DNA from: a phage
Strand: one strand, 5' to 3'
DNA length: 64,000 nt
Sequence record: PV467749.1
The translations under genes were made by a program, and so were the position numbers. Shown in pieces: positions 1 through 10,595 of the stretch. The notes beneath the pieces were generated by a model. That model saw only the letters and a list, made by a program, of their open reading frames with translations, did not search any database and was not told the DNA's origin. Positions within the stretch are counted from its first letter, which is position 1, and every line of letters starts with the position of its first letter.

Positions 1-622
1 TACTTTGACGACCGATTATGATAGAATTTCGGATTAGAAAATTACTACAGTACTGAAAATCTTTGTAGTACTTGTCAAGGATATATGGCATTATCGCTTC
101 TTTCACTTCTTCATATCCATTTGAACTATCAATTGCAGTACAATAATCTTCTCGGTCTTTATTCCCTCGATGATTATCAAACTCGTACTCAAAGAATAAA
201 TTTTCATTTAATGAATTATTTGAACCAACTGATCCACTATAGTATGATTTTCTATCATTCATTCGATCATCGGGGCATGATGCATACATAGAAATGTCAT
301 GTGTTGACGTACCGATATAAATTTTCTTAGTAATGTGATTGTACGCGATGTAATCATAATCTTGTACTCCAGTGAGCATTAACTGGAACATCAATTCATC
401 AGGAACATCAATCAACGGGTACTCAAACTTCGAATATCTACTACGACAGAAATTCTTTTCAAATGCTCGATATGCGATGAAATCTTTTAGGTTTGTAATA
501 GATTCATGCTCATGTGTATTACTGGTGCGTACATTGACATTAGTAGACGAGCAATACCCTTCAGATTCTTCTGTGTAGTCATAATAACCCTTACTGTAGT
601 CAACGATTAGATAAAGTTTCAT
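1..622 (-). CDS. family A (FQ-motif) paralog, 3' end outside window
   Basis: ORF open to window edge; ATG at 620-622 preceded by GGAG; contains DELMFQLML. Confidence 0.5.
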   Translation of the reverse strand, partial: MKLYLIVDYSKGYYDYTEESEGYCSSTNVNVRTSNTHEHESITNLKDFIAYRAFEKNFCRSRYSKFEYPLIDVPDELMFQLMLTGVQDYDYIAYNHITKKIYIGTSTHDISMYASCPDDRMNDRKSYYSGSVGSNNSLNENLFFEYEFDNHRGNKDREDYCTAIDSSNGYEEVKEAIMPYILDKYYKDFQYCSNFLIRNSIIIGRQS

Positions 623-633
623 ATATCTCCAGA

Positions 634-664
634 CAAAAAAAGGACGAGATATTATATCCCGTCC
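634..664 (-). terminator. intrinsic terminator
   Basis: Hairpin GGACGAGAT..ATCCCGTCC 642-664 next to A-run 634-641 (U-run on minus RNA), just 3' of gene 674-979. Confidence 0.5.
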
Positions 665-673
665 TTTGGTTTA

Positions 674-979
674 TTAGTGGCTTGCCCAGCAGTAAACAGG
701 ACGTAGATTTTCCATTGGGTTTACTTCAGGCTTCAGTACTGTAACACGAACTTCATACGGAGTACCATCTGCATGATGGAACGTTTCGTAATGAATACTC
801 TCAATGAAGGTTTCATATTCTTCTTGAGAACGAGCACGAACTGATGGGGAATATTTCTTTTTGGTATCTGATTTTAGTGTAACACTTACTAGTTCTGATT
901 CTTCACCATTTTCAAGTTTATTGAAATCGAACTCTGGTACACCTTCAAACATATCAAATTTCATTCCGTTGTCTTCCAT
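674..979 (-). CDS. hypothetical protein
   Basis: 101 aa ORF, minus strand, terminator downstream. Confidence 0.5.
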   Translation of the reverse strand: MEDNGMKFDMFEGVPEFDFNKLENGEESELVSVTLKSDTKKKYSPSVRARSQEEYETFIESIHYETFHHADGTPYEVRVTVLKPEVNPMENLRPVYCWASH

Positions 980-1030
980 TTTAAATTCCTTTTTATATAA
1001 TGTTAGTTAGATAGTTTTTAATAAATCAGA

Positions 1031-1417
1031 TTAGATTACGTCATACGGTAGAGTACCGTGACGGAATTTATCAAGTTGTGCAAGAACTTCTTTACGTTCG
1101 ACAATCTCTGGCACATCTTCTTGCAGTTGGTCACATACTTCAACGATGAAATCCCAATCGCTCTCACAACTCACACGTACTGCTTCAATTGTTTTCCAAT
1201 CAGCACTAATTTCACCTTCAGGATTTACATACGAAGGCCATACCTTTCCATAGTCTTGTACTGATTTGTCGTTAAGAACACGAATAGCATTGAAAATCTG
1301 TCCAGTACTGAAGTGTTTAGTATTCTTCATGTCTTCTAAGCAACATAGCTTAGGTTCACCCTGGACTTCAATCAGAAGTACACCACCAATAGCTTTTAGA
1401 ACAGAACTTGTATTCAT
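1031..1417 (-). CDS. hypothetical protein
   Basis: 128 aa ORF, minus strand. Confidence 0.5.
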   Translation of the reverse strand: MNTSSVLKAIGGVLLIEVQGEPKLCCLEDMKNTKHFSTGQIFNAIRVLNDKSVQDYGKVWPSYVNPEGEISADWKTIEAVRVSCESDWDFIVEVCDQLQEDVPEIVERKEVLAQLDKFRHGTLPYDVI

Positions 1418-1488
1418 CTATATCTCCATTTATCAAAAAAAGATGTGAACATTATATCACAAGGAATTGTCATGTCCACAATATTTTA

Positions 1489-1782
1489 TCAAATAGTCAA
1501 ACTTTCGTGCCAGTTATTGAAATCGTTAATAGCCAGCATAAACATATTCTCATCATTAAATTCTAGAATATGTTCATTGTATAAGTAGCTAATGTACTTA
1601 TTACTACAGTGTTTGCTATTCATAATTAGCATTTCAACTGCACGTTCATACGAACATGGGCTGAGATACAATTTTGTTCCATCAGGATGCTCAATCTCCA
1701 CAGCACCAGGTGGAATAAAACGTTCACCAGTATAAGGGATATACGGCTCTGTTTTGAAAATAAGTTTGAATTTAGTATCCAT
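1489..1782 (-). CDS. hypothetical protein
   Basis: 97 aa ORF, minus strand. Confidence 0.45.
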   Translation of the reverse strand: MDTKFKLIFKTEPYIPYTGERFIPPGAVEIEHPDGTKLYLSPCSYERAVEMLIMNSKHCSNKYISYLYNEHILEFNDENMFMLAINDFNNWHESLTI

Positions 1783-1798
1783 ACCAAATCCTCCATAA

Positions 1799-2647
1799 TT
1801 ACATTGTTTCTTTTATGTTGCGTAACATAGTATTAACTATGTTCATCTTCCCGCCCAACTTGAAGTAATATTCCAATTTATTAATAATATTACTTTTTAA
1901 TATCTCAAATATTTGATATTCATTTGTTTTGAAACTAAGTTCGAATTGGAAAGTATATAAATTGTTGAATAGATGTACCAACGATGCATCAGGTGATTCC
2001 ATTGTAAATGTGTAGTTGGCACGATAACCAGTACTAATCACTACATCCGATGTTTCACCATTCATTGATATGTCAATATTATACATCATTGGGCGACCAG
2101 TTGCAATATCTTTCATTCGGAAGAATGCAGTACTACGATACACAACACCATCTTCGGTAACCTGTTCTTGTATAGTGATATTTGAAACTTCACTCTCTTT
2201 GAATTTGGATTCGAATGAATGAATACGATTTGATTTTTCATCATCCGTATACATAGTGCATGTATATTTTCCAAAATCATCTCTAGATGTATAAGATTTA
2301 TCACTGGCGGTTTTATAAAACGAAACTCCATTGATGTGTTCTTCTTTGTACATCATAGTGTCATTGGATTTGTAGTATGAACAATTAGGTGTTGAAAGAG
2401 ATTCAAAATTGTTCACATCATGACAGTAAGAAATAGAAGAATCGCTATACAGTACAACATCACGAATTGCAACTTCTTTTGAAGTACCTTTTTTGACAGA
2501 AATTTGAAAGTCATTGCATGGGAAGATTCTATATCCATCGTATGTATCTGATGTACTGATGCCAAATGGTGTTGGGGAATTCAGAAATTCGTTGATATGT
2601 TCAAGTACTGAATACTTTTTGAAATTACGAAAATCTGTGATATCCAT
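1799..2647 (-). CDS. hypothetical protein
   Basis: 282 aa ORF, longest in this block. Confidence 0.55.
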   Translation of the reverse strand: MDITDFRNFKKYSVLEHINEFLNSPTPFGISTSDTYDGYRIFPCNDFQISVKKGTSKEVAIRDVVLYSDSSISYCHDVNNFESLSTPNCSYYKSNDTMMYKEEHINGVSFYKTASDKSYTSRDDFGKYTCTMYTDDEKSNRIHSFESKFKESEVSNITIQEQVTEDGVVYRSTAFFRMKDIATGRPMMYNIDISMNGETSDVVISTGYRANYTFTMESPDASLVHLFNNLYTFQFELSFKTNEYQIFEILKSNIINKLEYYFKLGGKMNIVNTMLRNIKETM

Positions 2648-2671
2648 CGTAATACAATCTCCTAAATTTCG

Positions 2672-2703
2672 GACAAAAAATTAGTCGAGAATAAATCTCG
2701 ACT
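2672..2703 (-). terminator. putative intrinsic terminator
   Basis: Perfect hairpin AGTCGAGA-ataaa-TCTCGACT 2683-2703 followed on minus RNA by AAUUUUUUG. Confidence 0.4.
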
Positions 2704-2814
2704 TGTGTTTTACTTTACCATTCTTCATTGCTTTTTTACGGTCCACATGTGTTTGAGGTTTATTAAACTCATTCATATGCTTTTGTACAAAGTTGTTTAC
2801 ATTTTTAGCCATAC

Positions 2815-3288
2815 TTACTCCAAATCGGGATCTTTAACTGTTAGGCTTTCAATATCACTTGCGTAAAGAACTACATTAGTTTGTGTCTCTGATACTTTAA
2901 AATCATGATAACTATCTTTCACTTTAAAATTATCCAAAATAAACCCTTTACTACAACACATCATGATTTTATCATCTTTGATAGTGTATGTATTCTTTTT
3001 CTTACGTACTTCAGATTGTGGGGTAATATTATCATTGTTACGAATAACACAATCAATGTACTCGTCATTTGTACTCATAGGCATACCCATGATAAACGAA
3101 TTACTAGTACTGATTGTTAGTATAAAAACATTAGTATTTGGATTGTGAAAGAAGTCGTGCATAGTTTTACTGCATAAAAACAAGCACTGAATTATGTCCT
3201 TTACATTGAACATTATATCATGAACTTTGAATGCGTCCAACTCTAAAATGTCATCTATCTTTCCATTCTCAACAGTTTTAATCTCCAT
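2815..3288 (-). CDS. hypothetical protein
   Basis: 157 aa ORF. Confidence 0.5.
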   Translation of the reverse strand: MEIKTVENGKIDDILELDAFKVHDIMFNVKDIIQCLFLCSKTMHDFFHNPNTNVFILTISTSNSFIMGMPMSTNDEYIDCVIRNNDNITPQSEVRKKKNTYTIKDDKIMMCCSKGFILDNFKVKDSYHDFKVSETQTNVVLYASDIESLTVKDPDLE

Positions 3289-3330
3289 GATCTATCCTTG
3301 ATCTTCAAAGGCACTCCATGTGCACATATA

Positions 3331-3831
3331 TTAGGTCACAGCTTTGTATTTCTCCATTGCTTCGGTGATATTCAATACTGCTTGCGGTACGTCACTTTTG
3401 TTGTATGCAATGGTTAGTTTTTCCATGTTATTGAGAAGACTTAGAAACAATGGAAGTACTTCTGCATTGTCACTGAAGTTACAATCATTGACAGTACTCA
3501 ATTGAAATAACTCACCCGCATCAACATTGAGTGTGTTGTATTCTTTAACAATGTTTTCTTCAGTATTGAAGATGTAGAATACAGTCCCCATGTGGTGTAA
3601 GTATACACCAGTTTCATTCTGAATATGACATGGGGTGATTACAATTGCTGTGTTATCAATATTATTTACTATTGTCAAACGCAGACTATGTAACCCAAAG
3701 ATTACAGTACAATCCTTTGTACTGTGTTGGATCTGGTCACTAGTAAAGGAAGACCCACTATGATTTTTAGAACCATTTAGTATTTCTTTGATAATTTTAA
3801 ATGAAATCTTCATCGAATTAGTTAAAAGCAT
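3331..3831 (-). CDS. family A (FQ-motif) paralog
   Basis: 166 aa; motif GELFQLSTV. Confidence 0.55.
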   Translation of the reverse strand: MLLTNSMKISFKIIKEILNGSKNHSGSSFTSDQIQHSTKDCTVIFGLHSLRLTIVNNIDNTAIVITPCHIQNETGVYLHHMGTVFYIFNTEENIVKEYNTLNVDAGELFQLSTVNDCNFSDNAEVLPLFLSLLNNMEKLTIAYNKSDVPQAVLNITEAMEKYKAVT

Positions 3832-4231
3832 GAACTTTACCTTTAAGTAGATTAATTAATGTTCGCATAGATTCAGTACTGACAGTACCAAAATCAACAC
3901 CTAAGCACTCGTATTGAAAGAACTCAATAGAATCAATTGAGTCCAAAGGAATCTCAACAACCTGATTCCCTATACCAGACATAGTAACATTGCTTTTATT
4001 AATCGTCAAGAAGTTTTTTGAATAAGTATTAAATTTTAGTGAAATCGCGTCGGGGTGCTTTGTAACAATGCAGTACTGGGAACCATACACATATAGTACT
4101 TTACTTTCACTAAGATCTGTTTTAAAAAAATGAATCCCATTGAAGTATTTCTCATTGGCTCCCATCGCCGCGATTAGTTCATCTGTTGTTGTTAACCTTG
4201 TTTCGTTCTTCGTTAAACTGTTGAAAAGCAT
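3818..4231 (-). CDS. family A (FQ-motif) paralog
   Basis: 137 aa; motif IEFFQYECL. Confidence 0.5.
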   Translation of the reverse strand: MLFNSLTKNETRLTTTDELIAAMGANEKYFNGIHFFKTDLSESKVLYVYGSQYCIVTKHPDAISLKFNTYSKNFLTINKSNVTMSGIGNQVVEIPLDSIDSIEFFQYECLGVDFGTVSTESMRTLINLLKGKVHAFN

Positions 4232-4652
4232 AGAATACTACCTTAACCATTTGTAGTGTTTCAGACATTACTTCTGATGAAAATTCAACATCATTGAATT
4301 TCAGCATAGTGTTCTGTGTAAAGAAAGTTGCTTCTAAGTCTTCTAGATTGAAGGGTTCATCAAACAAATTAGTACTGAACATGTCAGTCTTCTTCTTGTA
4401 TGTGAACAAGAATTTGGAATTATAACGAAGAACTATTTCATCTTTATTGACCAGAATACGTGCAATGTTCTGACGTGCTAATGTGGTAATGTTTAAATTG
4501 AACACGTTCTTGCGTGTTTCTGTGATATCAACAAAATACCCATCTCCCTGATGGATATTACATCGTACATCCAACCCTTTCTGTACTGTATTGAACAGTG
4601 CATCTTGAATAAAATAATTTGCTGTATCGATGTTTCCTAAAATGTCTAACAT
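4179..4652 (-). CDS. hypothetical protein, divergent family A-like
   Basis: 157 aa; degenerate motif ATFFTQNTM; start may be downstream ATG. Confidence 0.45.
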   Translation of the reverse strand: MLDILGNIDTANYFIQDALFNTVQKGLDVRCNIHQGDGYFVDITETRKNVFNLNITTLARQNIARILVNKDEIVLRYNSKFLFTYKKKTDMFSTNLFDEPFNLEDLEATFFTQNTMLKFNDVEFSSEVMSETLQMVKVVFYAFQQFNEERNKVNNNR

Positions 4653-5164
4653 AACTTCTCCTTGATTGCTGTCATATTTAGAAGAAATTCTTCAAGCAAT
4701 TCCTCTGTAACATACTCAACATACCAGAATATCACAATATCTTTTGAAAGTCGAGTATTCTTAAAAATATCTACTAACTCTTTGTAGTACTCAAGATCAT
4801 ATACATCTTTTATAATTAGTGAGTACTGAAATAGTGATTCTTCAGTTAACTTAAATTCTGGATATAGTAGATCATTAAATTCCTTTGACCCAATTAGGAC
4901 TTTAATTTCTTTAAAATTATTTGTTATACCACCATTGCTTCCATATAACGCCGCATATTCCATGAATTTGGCTTTGGGGTTCCAGTCCAGAACCGTTTCC
5001 CCTTTATATGATAAACGATAGAACGCAGAGAACTTGGTTATTTCCCACGGTTGCTTAATGCCTAATTCATGTATATCAATCCCACTGTACAAAATATCAG
5101 TGAATATCTCACCAATCTTCAATAATAATTTAGTACGTGCTAGTACTGTCATAGGTTCAATCAT
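4646..5164 (-). CDS. family A (FQ-motif) paralog
   Basis: 172 aa; motif EESLFQYSL. Confidence 0.55.
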   Translation of the reverse strand: MIEPMTVLARTKLLLKIGEIFTDILYSGIDIHELGIKQPWEITKFSAFYRLSYKGETVLDWNPKAKFMEYAALYGSNGGITNNFKEIKVLIGSKEFNDLLYPEFKLTEESLFQYSLIIKDVYDLEYYKELVDIFKNTRLSKDIVIFWYVEYVTEELLEEFLLNMTAIKEKLC

Positions 5165-5577
5165 TATACACCTTCATATTCATCAAGGAAATCTTCGATG
5201 ATCATTTCAGCTTCATCCATGTGCATAGCATCAACTTCAACAATGCGAACCTTAGACGTATCCCAAATCATATAGCTAGGAACTGTATCTGGTTCGTAAT
5301 CGTTTTTGTACTGAACTGCATCATAGCCGTTAATTTCGCAGTACTCAATCACTCCACGCCATTCGTCGTCACTGCCCATATCCGTCCACAGAAGCACGTT
5401 ATCAACATCAACTTCTAAGGTATGTAAGTATACTGTATCAGCGTCAACAACGTTCAGTGGGCTTCTCAGCTTGCGTAATGCAGCTTCTAAAGCACTGTGT
5501 TTACCTCCCATATGAAGGCCACCATACGGGATATAAAAGTTATCAATTTTTACAGTACTCGCATGATACAGTTTCAT
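5164..5577 (-). CDS. hypothetical protein
   Basis: 137 aa; no FQ motif. Confidence 0.5.
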   Translation of the reverse strand: MKLYHASTVKIDNFYIPYGGLHMGGKHSALEAALRKLRSPLNVVDADTVYLHTLEVDVDNVLLWTDMGSDDEWRGVIEYCEINGYDAVQYKNDYEPDTVPSYMIWDTSKVRIVEVDAMHMDEAEMIIEDFLDEYEGV

Positions 5578-5586
5578 TATTCATTC

Positions 5587-6171
5587 CTATTTCAGTACTT
5601 TGACCAGGGCTTTAACCGCTGTTTCAAGTTGTGCAAAGTCGTTGATTGTAAGATAATGAATACCCAATGTACTCATTTCTGAATCTATTTTACTATACAA
5701 ATCGAACATGTCAAGTAGATATTGATATGTATATGACTCCGATGACACACATGATTCTTGAAATAGACGTTCTTCCATATCATTTACTACTTCATCATTT
5801 GCGTCTCGAATCACACCATCTTTGTATGTGTAGTAAATCTCATCCCATTCATCTGATAAGCGGAATAGTAAAGGTTTACCATTAAACATCTCAAGGTCAT
5901 ATGCATTGACTTCACTCAATAACATATCATCAGGATCAGGTGTGAAATCGAATTGAGCGAGTGAAGAACCATCATAATCCTTAAGGAATATACCAATAGC
6001 ATTCAATTTAACTTCGCCATAATTGCCATTCTTGAACTTTACACGAATATTAATATCAATGTTTTGAACAGTATCATCATCTTGGAATTGATAATCAATT
6101 TTATACTTTTCCCAAAGTTTTTTAATATCTTTAAAGTACTTAATTTTACTTTCTATTTCTTTAAAGTTCAT
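5587..6171 (-). CDS. family A (FQ-motif) paralog
   Basis: 194 aa; motif EERLFQESC. Confidence 0.55.
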   Translation of the reverse strand: MNFKEIESKIKYFKDIKKLWEKYKIDYQFQDDDTVQNIDINIRVKFKNGNYGEVKLNAIGIFLKDYDGSSLAQFDFTPDPDDMLLSEVNAYDLEMFNGKPLLFRLSDEWDEIYYTYKDGVIRDANDEVVNDMEERLFQESCVSSESYTYQYLLDMFDLYSKIDSEMSTLGIHYLTINDFAQLETAVKALVKVLK

Positions 6172-6799
6172 CTGGAACCGCCATCTCTTGTATGTTCTTG
6201 CATTTTATCATTGCACAATTAGTATGTAAAATGATAGCGTACTTGTGTAATGATTTAATTTTATAACACTCATTAAGTACTGAAATGATGCCCCATAACT
6301 CTTCTACATCAATAGTGATAGGTTCACTAGTACTAAGTTGCATTAGTGCTGCTTCCACATCATCTTTGTTATTGATTTTGAACTGCATACCACGTTTCAG
6401 TATTTTGGTTTTTGGGTTATACTCTGCCATTACATCACCTTCAGGGTAACCCTCGTGTAATAATAATGTAGTCTCATAATCTCCACAATTGAAATTAATT
6501 TCATCATAGTCAGGAACACAAATCATTCCTTCACCATATTGATTATCTACTGATTCGATTGTTAAAATACGCTGATGTTCATTACTCAGGATAATAGAAT
6601 CATGCCAGTACTGCGTAGTGAATTTACTACGTTTCTTTTGACAGCACATACTTGACATGGGACCATACTTTTTATATAGGGACTTCTTGAATGCTATCGC
6701 ATCAGGAGCCACCTTAATAACTTCTCGAATTAGGTCAATAGCTTCTTGATAACTTTTTCTCATTTGTCGTACCCATATAAAATATGATCTAAAGTGCAT
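6161..6799 (-). CDS. hypothetical protein
   Basis: 212 aa; no clear FQ motif. Confidence 0.5.
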   Translation of the reverse strand: MHFRSYFIWVRQMRKSYQEAIDLIREVIKVAPDAIAFKKSLYKKYGPMSSMCCQKKRSKFTTQYWHDSIILSNEHQRILTIESVDNQYGEGMICVPDYDEINFNCGDYETTLLLHEGYPEGDVMAEYNPKTKILKRGMQFKINNKDDVEAALMQLSTSEPITIDVEELWGIISVLNECYKIKSLHKYAIILHTNCAMIKCKNIQEMAVPDEL

Positions 6800-7311
6800 T
6801 GAACTTCTTCATGGAAGAACAGTGGGTAAATTTGTATCAATTTTTCTTTAAGTTCAAGTGAATGACATAATTCTAATGCTTTGATACAATCTTCATATTT
6901 GACTAAATTATGCAATGTACTTAACTGAAAATGTTGTTCTTCAGAGTAAGCTAAATCATATACCAAATTATCATCTAAAAGGTTTGATTTCTTTGAAGGA
7001 TCAAGTACTGTGTTGCTATGACCTACCCAGAAAAAAGCATTGGTGTTCATATTATTACAACCCCAACCTGCCCCCATTTTCTGGTGAATAGCAAAGACAC
7101 AACTATCATAGAGAATAATACCAAGACGCTCTTCGTTGACATAAATCGTAACACCATCGATTGTCATGGTTATTTGGAAACGCATTGAACCTTCACTTCG
7201 TGAACGTGCACAGAAGCCAAGATAACGGTTAATAATTGTATTGATTTTATCTGCCCATCCTTCCACATCTTTGGATGCACATAATTTAAAAAGATCATGA
7301 CTTTGATTCAT
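6760..7311 (-). CDS. family A (FQ-motif) paralog
   Basis: 183 aa; motif EEQHFQLST. Confidence 0.55.
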   Translation of the reverse strand: MNQSHDLFKLCASKDVEGWADKINTIINRYLGFCARSRSEGSMRFQITMTIDGVTIYVNEERLGIILYDSCVFAIHQKMGAGWGCNNMNTNAFFWVGHSNTVLDPSKKSNLLDDNLVYDLAYSEEQHFQLSTLHNLVKYEDCIKALELCHSLELKEKLIQIYPLFFHEEVQCTLDHILYGYDK

Positions 7312-7322
7312 GTAGTTCTCCG

Positions 7323-7904
7323 TTAATCAAGCATAAGTGGCATCATCGCCCATATCTTTTTCATAATCATATCTTCAGTAAAAACAAACGTTTTAGGTGC
7401 AGTATATGATATTGACAACCCAAATGGAAGTACGATTGCATCATCAATTATATTATGAATATCAAACCATGTTTTTACACAATCATATGGTGGAAGTTCA
7501 TGTATTGTACTTAACTGAAAGTATTGTTCTTCACCAAATGTACTGCAATCAATATCACAAATTTTAGTGAATTGATGATTCCATTTAGATATAATACTGT
7601 TTTTATTATTGAACATATTAGTTCTATGCATGAAACCATTTCTGCTAATATGATTTGATATTGCGTTTTCTTCAATATCATTGCTTATTTTAAAATTCAT
7701 GTCAAAGTTGTAGTGCGAACTCGACGATTCTTTGAATTTTAAATGAAAATAACGATTGTTATTAATTTCCATTTCAATACAAAACACATCTGAATCAAAA
7801 CGATTAAACTTGTAATCGTTGTCTTCAGGTAGAGTTTGTAATTTTTTCATAACACCAAGCATAGGGTGCACTAAGCTTCTAATAAAATCATTAGTTATTT
7901 TCAT
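7323..7904 (-). CDS. family A (FQ-motif) paralog
   Basis: 193 aa; motif EEQYFQLST, close relative of 6760-7311. Confidence 0.55.
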   Translation of the reverse strand: MKITNDFIRSLVHPMLGVMKKLQTLPEDNDYKFNRFDSDVFCIEMEINNNRYFHLKFKESSSSHYNFDMNFKISNDIEENAISNHISRNGFMHRTNMFNNKNSIISKWNHQFTKICDIDCSTFGEEQYFQLSTIHELPPYDCVKTWFDIHNIIDDAIVLPFGLSISYTAPKTFVFTEDMIMKKIWAMMPLMLD

Positions 7905-8397
7905 AGTATTCCTTTAGAACTTTAAATGATTCAACAATACTATCTTGTGTGTAATTAGAACTATATACAATTGCATTTGATTTGATTGACCACAGATATG
8001 ACATAAAGGTTATAACACTACTACATGAACTTAATGTATTGTTTTGGAATTCATTTTCTTCAATGTTATCAGTACTGGTATTGATGAATTGGATAGTATC
8101 TTGTTTCTGATTAGACATTGAAACTAAAGTACAATCAGTATAAGGAGTGTACAAAAACGTCTCATTACTAATTGAACTATCATTAGTATATGATGGTTTG
8201 GTAATATAAATCAAACGCATGATATCACGCTCAATACCCGATTTACGACTTTCCACTAAAGAAATCATATCTATATTTTTCATATGATCAACATTGACAT
8301 GGAACTTTTTGTTTAGAATTACATCTTTTGGGGAATTTTTATATGAAGATAAGATCTCATACATCTCAACTAATTCTCGTGCATTTAATAAACTCAT
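7891..8397 (-). CDS. family A (FQ-motif) paralog
   Basis: 168 aa; motif EENEFQNNT. Confidence 0.5.
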   Translation of the reverse strand: MSLLNARELVEMYEILSSYKNSPKDVILNKKFHVNVDHMKNIDMISLVESRKSGIERDIMRLIYITKPSYTNDSSISNETFLYTPYTDCTLVSMSNQKQDTIQFINTSTDNIEENEFQNNTLSSCSSVITFMSYLWSIKSNAIVYSSNYTQDSIVESFKVLKEYYENN

Positions 8398-8822
8398 GTT
8401 TTGTCTCTTAATGAAAGAATATCCTTAGTATAAACTGATACAGAAATGTGATTGTATTTCATCATTAATTTATACACATAAGAAGCTAGTACTAAATCGT
8501 AAATTAATTTAGTATCATACAGTACTCCGTATTGTAAAGCAAGTGAATCAATATCATCTTTACTTTCAATATCCAGAAATGTGCCGAAATATGTAGTACC
8601 GTGGAGATGAAAATTGGAATTAATGCAATCAATGCATTCATTGTCCAACAGAGTAGATGATGATGCCCTCGGTGAATCCCAAATAGTCACTGCGTGTATG
8701 CCCTCAACGAACAAATCTATCCATATTTTGTGTCGTTGTCTTTTTTTTGTTTTATAATTTTCTGGATTTGAAAGTGTAGTTTCAATTATATCCCATATGT
8801 ATAAGCATTCATCTCTTGTCAT
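8394..8822 (-). CDS. hypothetical protein
   Basis: 142 aa; ATGA overlap with neighbour. Confidence 0.5.
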   Translation of the reverse strand: MTRDECLYIWDIIETTLSNPENYKTKKRQRHKIWIDLFVEGIHAVTIWDSPRASSSTLLDNECIDCINSNFHLHGTTYFGTFLDIESKDDIDSLALQYGVLYDTKLIYDLVLASYVYKLMMKYNHISVSVYTKDILSLRDKT

Positions 8823-9400
8823 TATAGCACCTTATCCATTGCTGCATTTAATGCTTTTAAACGATCAACATTCAAAGTATTGAAGATGTACGTTCCTAAA
8901 ATGTGGAAATCGAACTGGTTCTTTTTGTATGTGTGATAAATTAAACTACAAAAAACAACAGTACTAAGAACCTCTTCCGGTATAACGGTGCTCATCTGAA
9001 ACAGTTCTTCATCAACTGTACTTGATTCTGGATTGATAGCTTTTAACTCATACTCTTTATCACCGAATAGTACTTTAATATTATATAAAACACCAACAGT
9101 ACTAATATGAAATGGGTGGTGTGAAAAACTTCCATCATCATTAATTTGGATATCGGATCTAATCTCGCACTCTTCATTACTTTTACTATTATTTTTTACA
9201 ATACAAATATTCCTGGCACCAGAAATAGTAAGAATACCGTGATCGTAATATTCTTTGGACATACATTTAGATGAAAATGACACATCACGAATGAGGTAAT
9301 GTTTGTTAATTTCTTTGGCACTACCAACAATGTGTAGCATCTTTGTACTGATATCATATAGCTGTTGGTGTCTGGCTGTCATATAACTATAAGCGTTCAT
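8822..9400 (-). CDS. family A (FQ-motif) paralog
   Basis: 192 aa; motif DEELFQMST. Confidence 0.55.
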   Translation of the reverse strand: MNAYSYMTARHQQLYDISTKMLHIVGSAKEINKHYLIRDVSFSSKCMSKEYYDHGILTISGARNICIVKNNSKSNEECEIRSDIQINDDGSFSHHPFHISTVGVLYNIKVLFGDKEYELKAINPESSTVDEELFQMSTVIPEEVLSTVVFCSLIYHTYKKNQFDFHILGTYIFNTLNVDRLKALNAAMDKVL

Positions 9401-9971
9401 ATGTATCCTTGATGTTTTTGATTGCCGTGTGTAGCTCTTTTAATGTATCGGATTCACAGTTAATGAACTTACTATACATTACCAATTCACCAGTGTCAAT
9501 AGCTTTTGCAGTTTCATAGCAAAGCATCATGTACTCAAACTCCTTGAAGTTGTCAAGTACTGATCTCTGGAAAATGTATGCTTCACGAATGTCTTCACTT
9601 TGATCTAGTTCTGGTGGAATTTCCAAATATGTATCATTCTCTACGTCATCAAAATTAGATTCAACAATTCGATTAATATCTTCGTGTAAAGCATTGACAA
9701 ATATCATGTTTGGAGTAATGGAACCGATTTGCTCACTATGCCTTGATGTGCGGATATACATTGCCATAGTATCCCATGAACCTTTTTTCGTCGTTCCATA
9801 ATCGTAAACTTTATAAGACTCCAGTACTACTGAACCAAAACGATATGGTGATTTGCATTCAACTTTAAGACGATAATTTCCAATAGGCTCATGTTCAGTA
9901 ATGTTGTGCTTTTCAGATAGTTCTGCAATGTCATGCATCAATTTCATAATTTGAATATGTTCAGCTTGCAT
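9387..9971 (-). CDS. family A (FQ-motif) paralog
   Basis: 194 aa; motif EAYIFQRSV. Confidence 0.5.
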   Translation of the reverse strand: MQAEHIQIMKLMHDIAELSEKHNITEHEPIGNYRLKVECKSPYRFGSVVLESYKVYDYGTTKKGSWDTMAMYIRTSRHSEQIGSITPNMIFVNALHEDINRIVESNFDDVENDTYLEIPPELDQSEDIREAYIFQRSVLDNFKEFEYMMLCYETAKAIDTGELVMYSKFINCESDTLKELHTAIKNIKDTYERL

Positions 9972-10534
9972 TATAAGTCCTCTAATTTAACAGGTACATG
10001 TTCATTGATGAACGTCTTAAGAGCCAGTACTAGATCTTCTAATTCTTCTGTACTGAATTTTAATATAGTTTTAAAGATTATCAATTCATTTCTTTCTATA
10101 ATCTTTGGAATTTCATATGCTAACATAAGATTGCGAACAGTACCAGCGTTGTGTATGAGGTTCGCATTGAATAAAAGTACATCGTACTCGTCTTTTTTAA
10201 TTTTATAATTGTACTCTTCAATTACTTCATGTGTGTATGTATTCTTATAAGCAATTTTATTTTTATGAAATTTATAACCAACAGTAACACTATCATCATA
10301 AAATGTAGAACGATAATCTTGTTTTCTATCGCCGGACGAAATGATGTGTAATGCTGTGTATTTGTCCTCAACATCTAACTCAATGTTTGCATAACTGTTA
10401 ACAGTTTCATTCTTTAGGACGTTAATGTTATATTTCTCATTAACTTTAATGTACTGGCGTGAACCATTATCATCAATGAACTTAAAACAATGCTTTACCA
10501 ACAATGTGATTTCTTTAATTAATTCAGTACTCAT
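9971..10534 (-). CDS. hypothetical protein
   Basis: 187 aa; no FQ motif. Confidence 0.5.
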   Translation of the reverse strand: MSTELIKEITLLVKHCFKFIDDNGSRQYIKVNEKYNINVLKNETVNSYANIELDVEDKYTALHIISSGDRKQDYRSTFYDDSVTVGYKFHKNKIAYKNTYTHEVIEEYNYKIKKDEYDVLLFNANLIHNAGTVRNLMLAYEIPKIIERNELIIFKTILKFSTEELEDLVLALKTFINEHVPVKLEDL

Positions 10535-10595
10535 ATCTTCTCCTGTACTCTGTTAAAAGCGATTATAACACACCTGAATGCTCATGTAAAGCACT

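Noticed and set aside
85-578. Plus-strand ORFs 85-291 and 372-578, and the many other 60-100 aa plus-strand ORFs between 1 and 62 kb (for example 1058-1264, 2905-3120, 5221-5418, 9933-10208, 13026-13217, 22175-22459, 27038-27265, 36475-36687, 43377-43721, 47786-48056, 53582-53821, 59304-59685)
   Set aside because: They lie antisense inside longer minus-strand genes of the arrays, lack SD sequences and promoters, and are the kind of open frame expected by chance on the opposite strand of AT-rich coding DNA.
2681-2812. 43-aa lysine-rich minus-strand ORF (MAKNVNNFVQKHMNEF...)
   Set aside because: It has a GGAG SD, but its 3' end is formed by the terminator hairpin at 2683-2703; it may be real but the evidence is too weak to list as a gene.
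5164-5577. ADP-ribosyltransferase-like assignment for the 137-aa protein starting MKLYHAS
   Set aside because: Only a vague resemblance (LYHAS, GG.H.GG); no convincing catalytic triad could be read by eye, so it is left as hypothetical.
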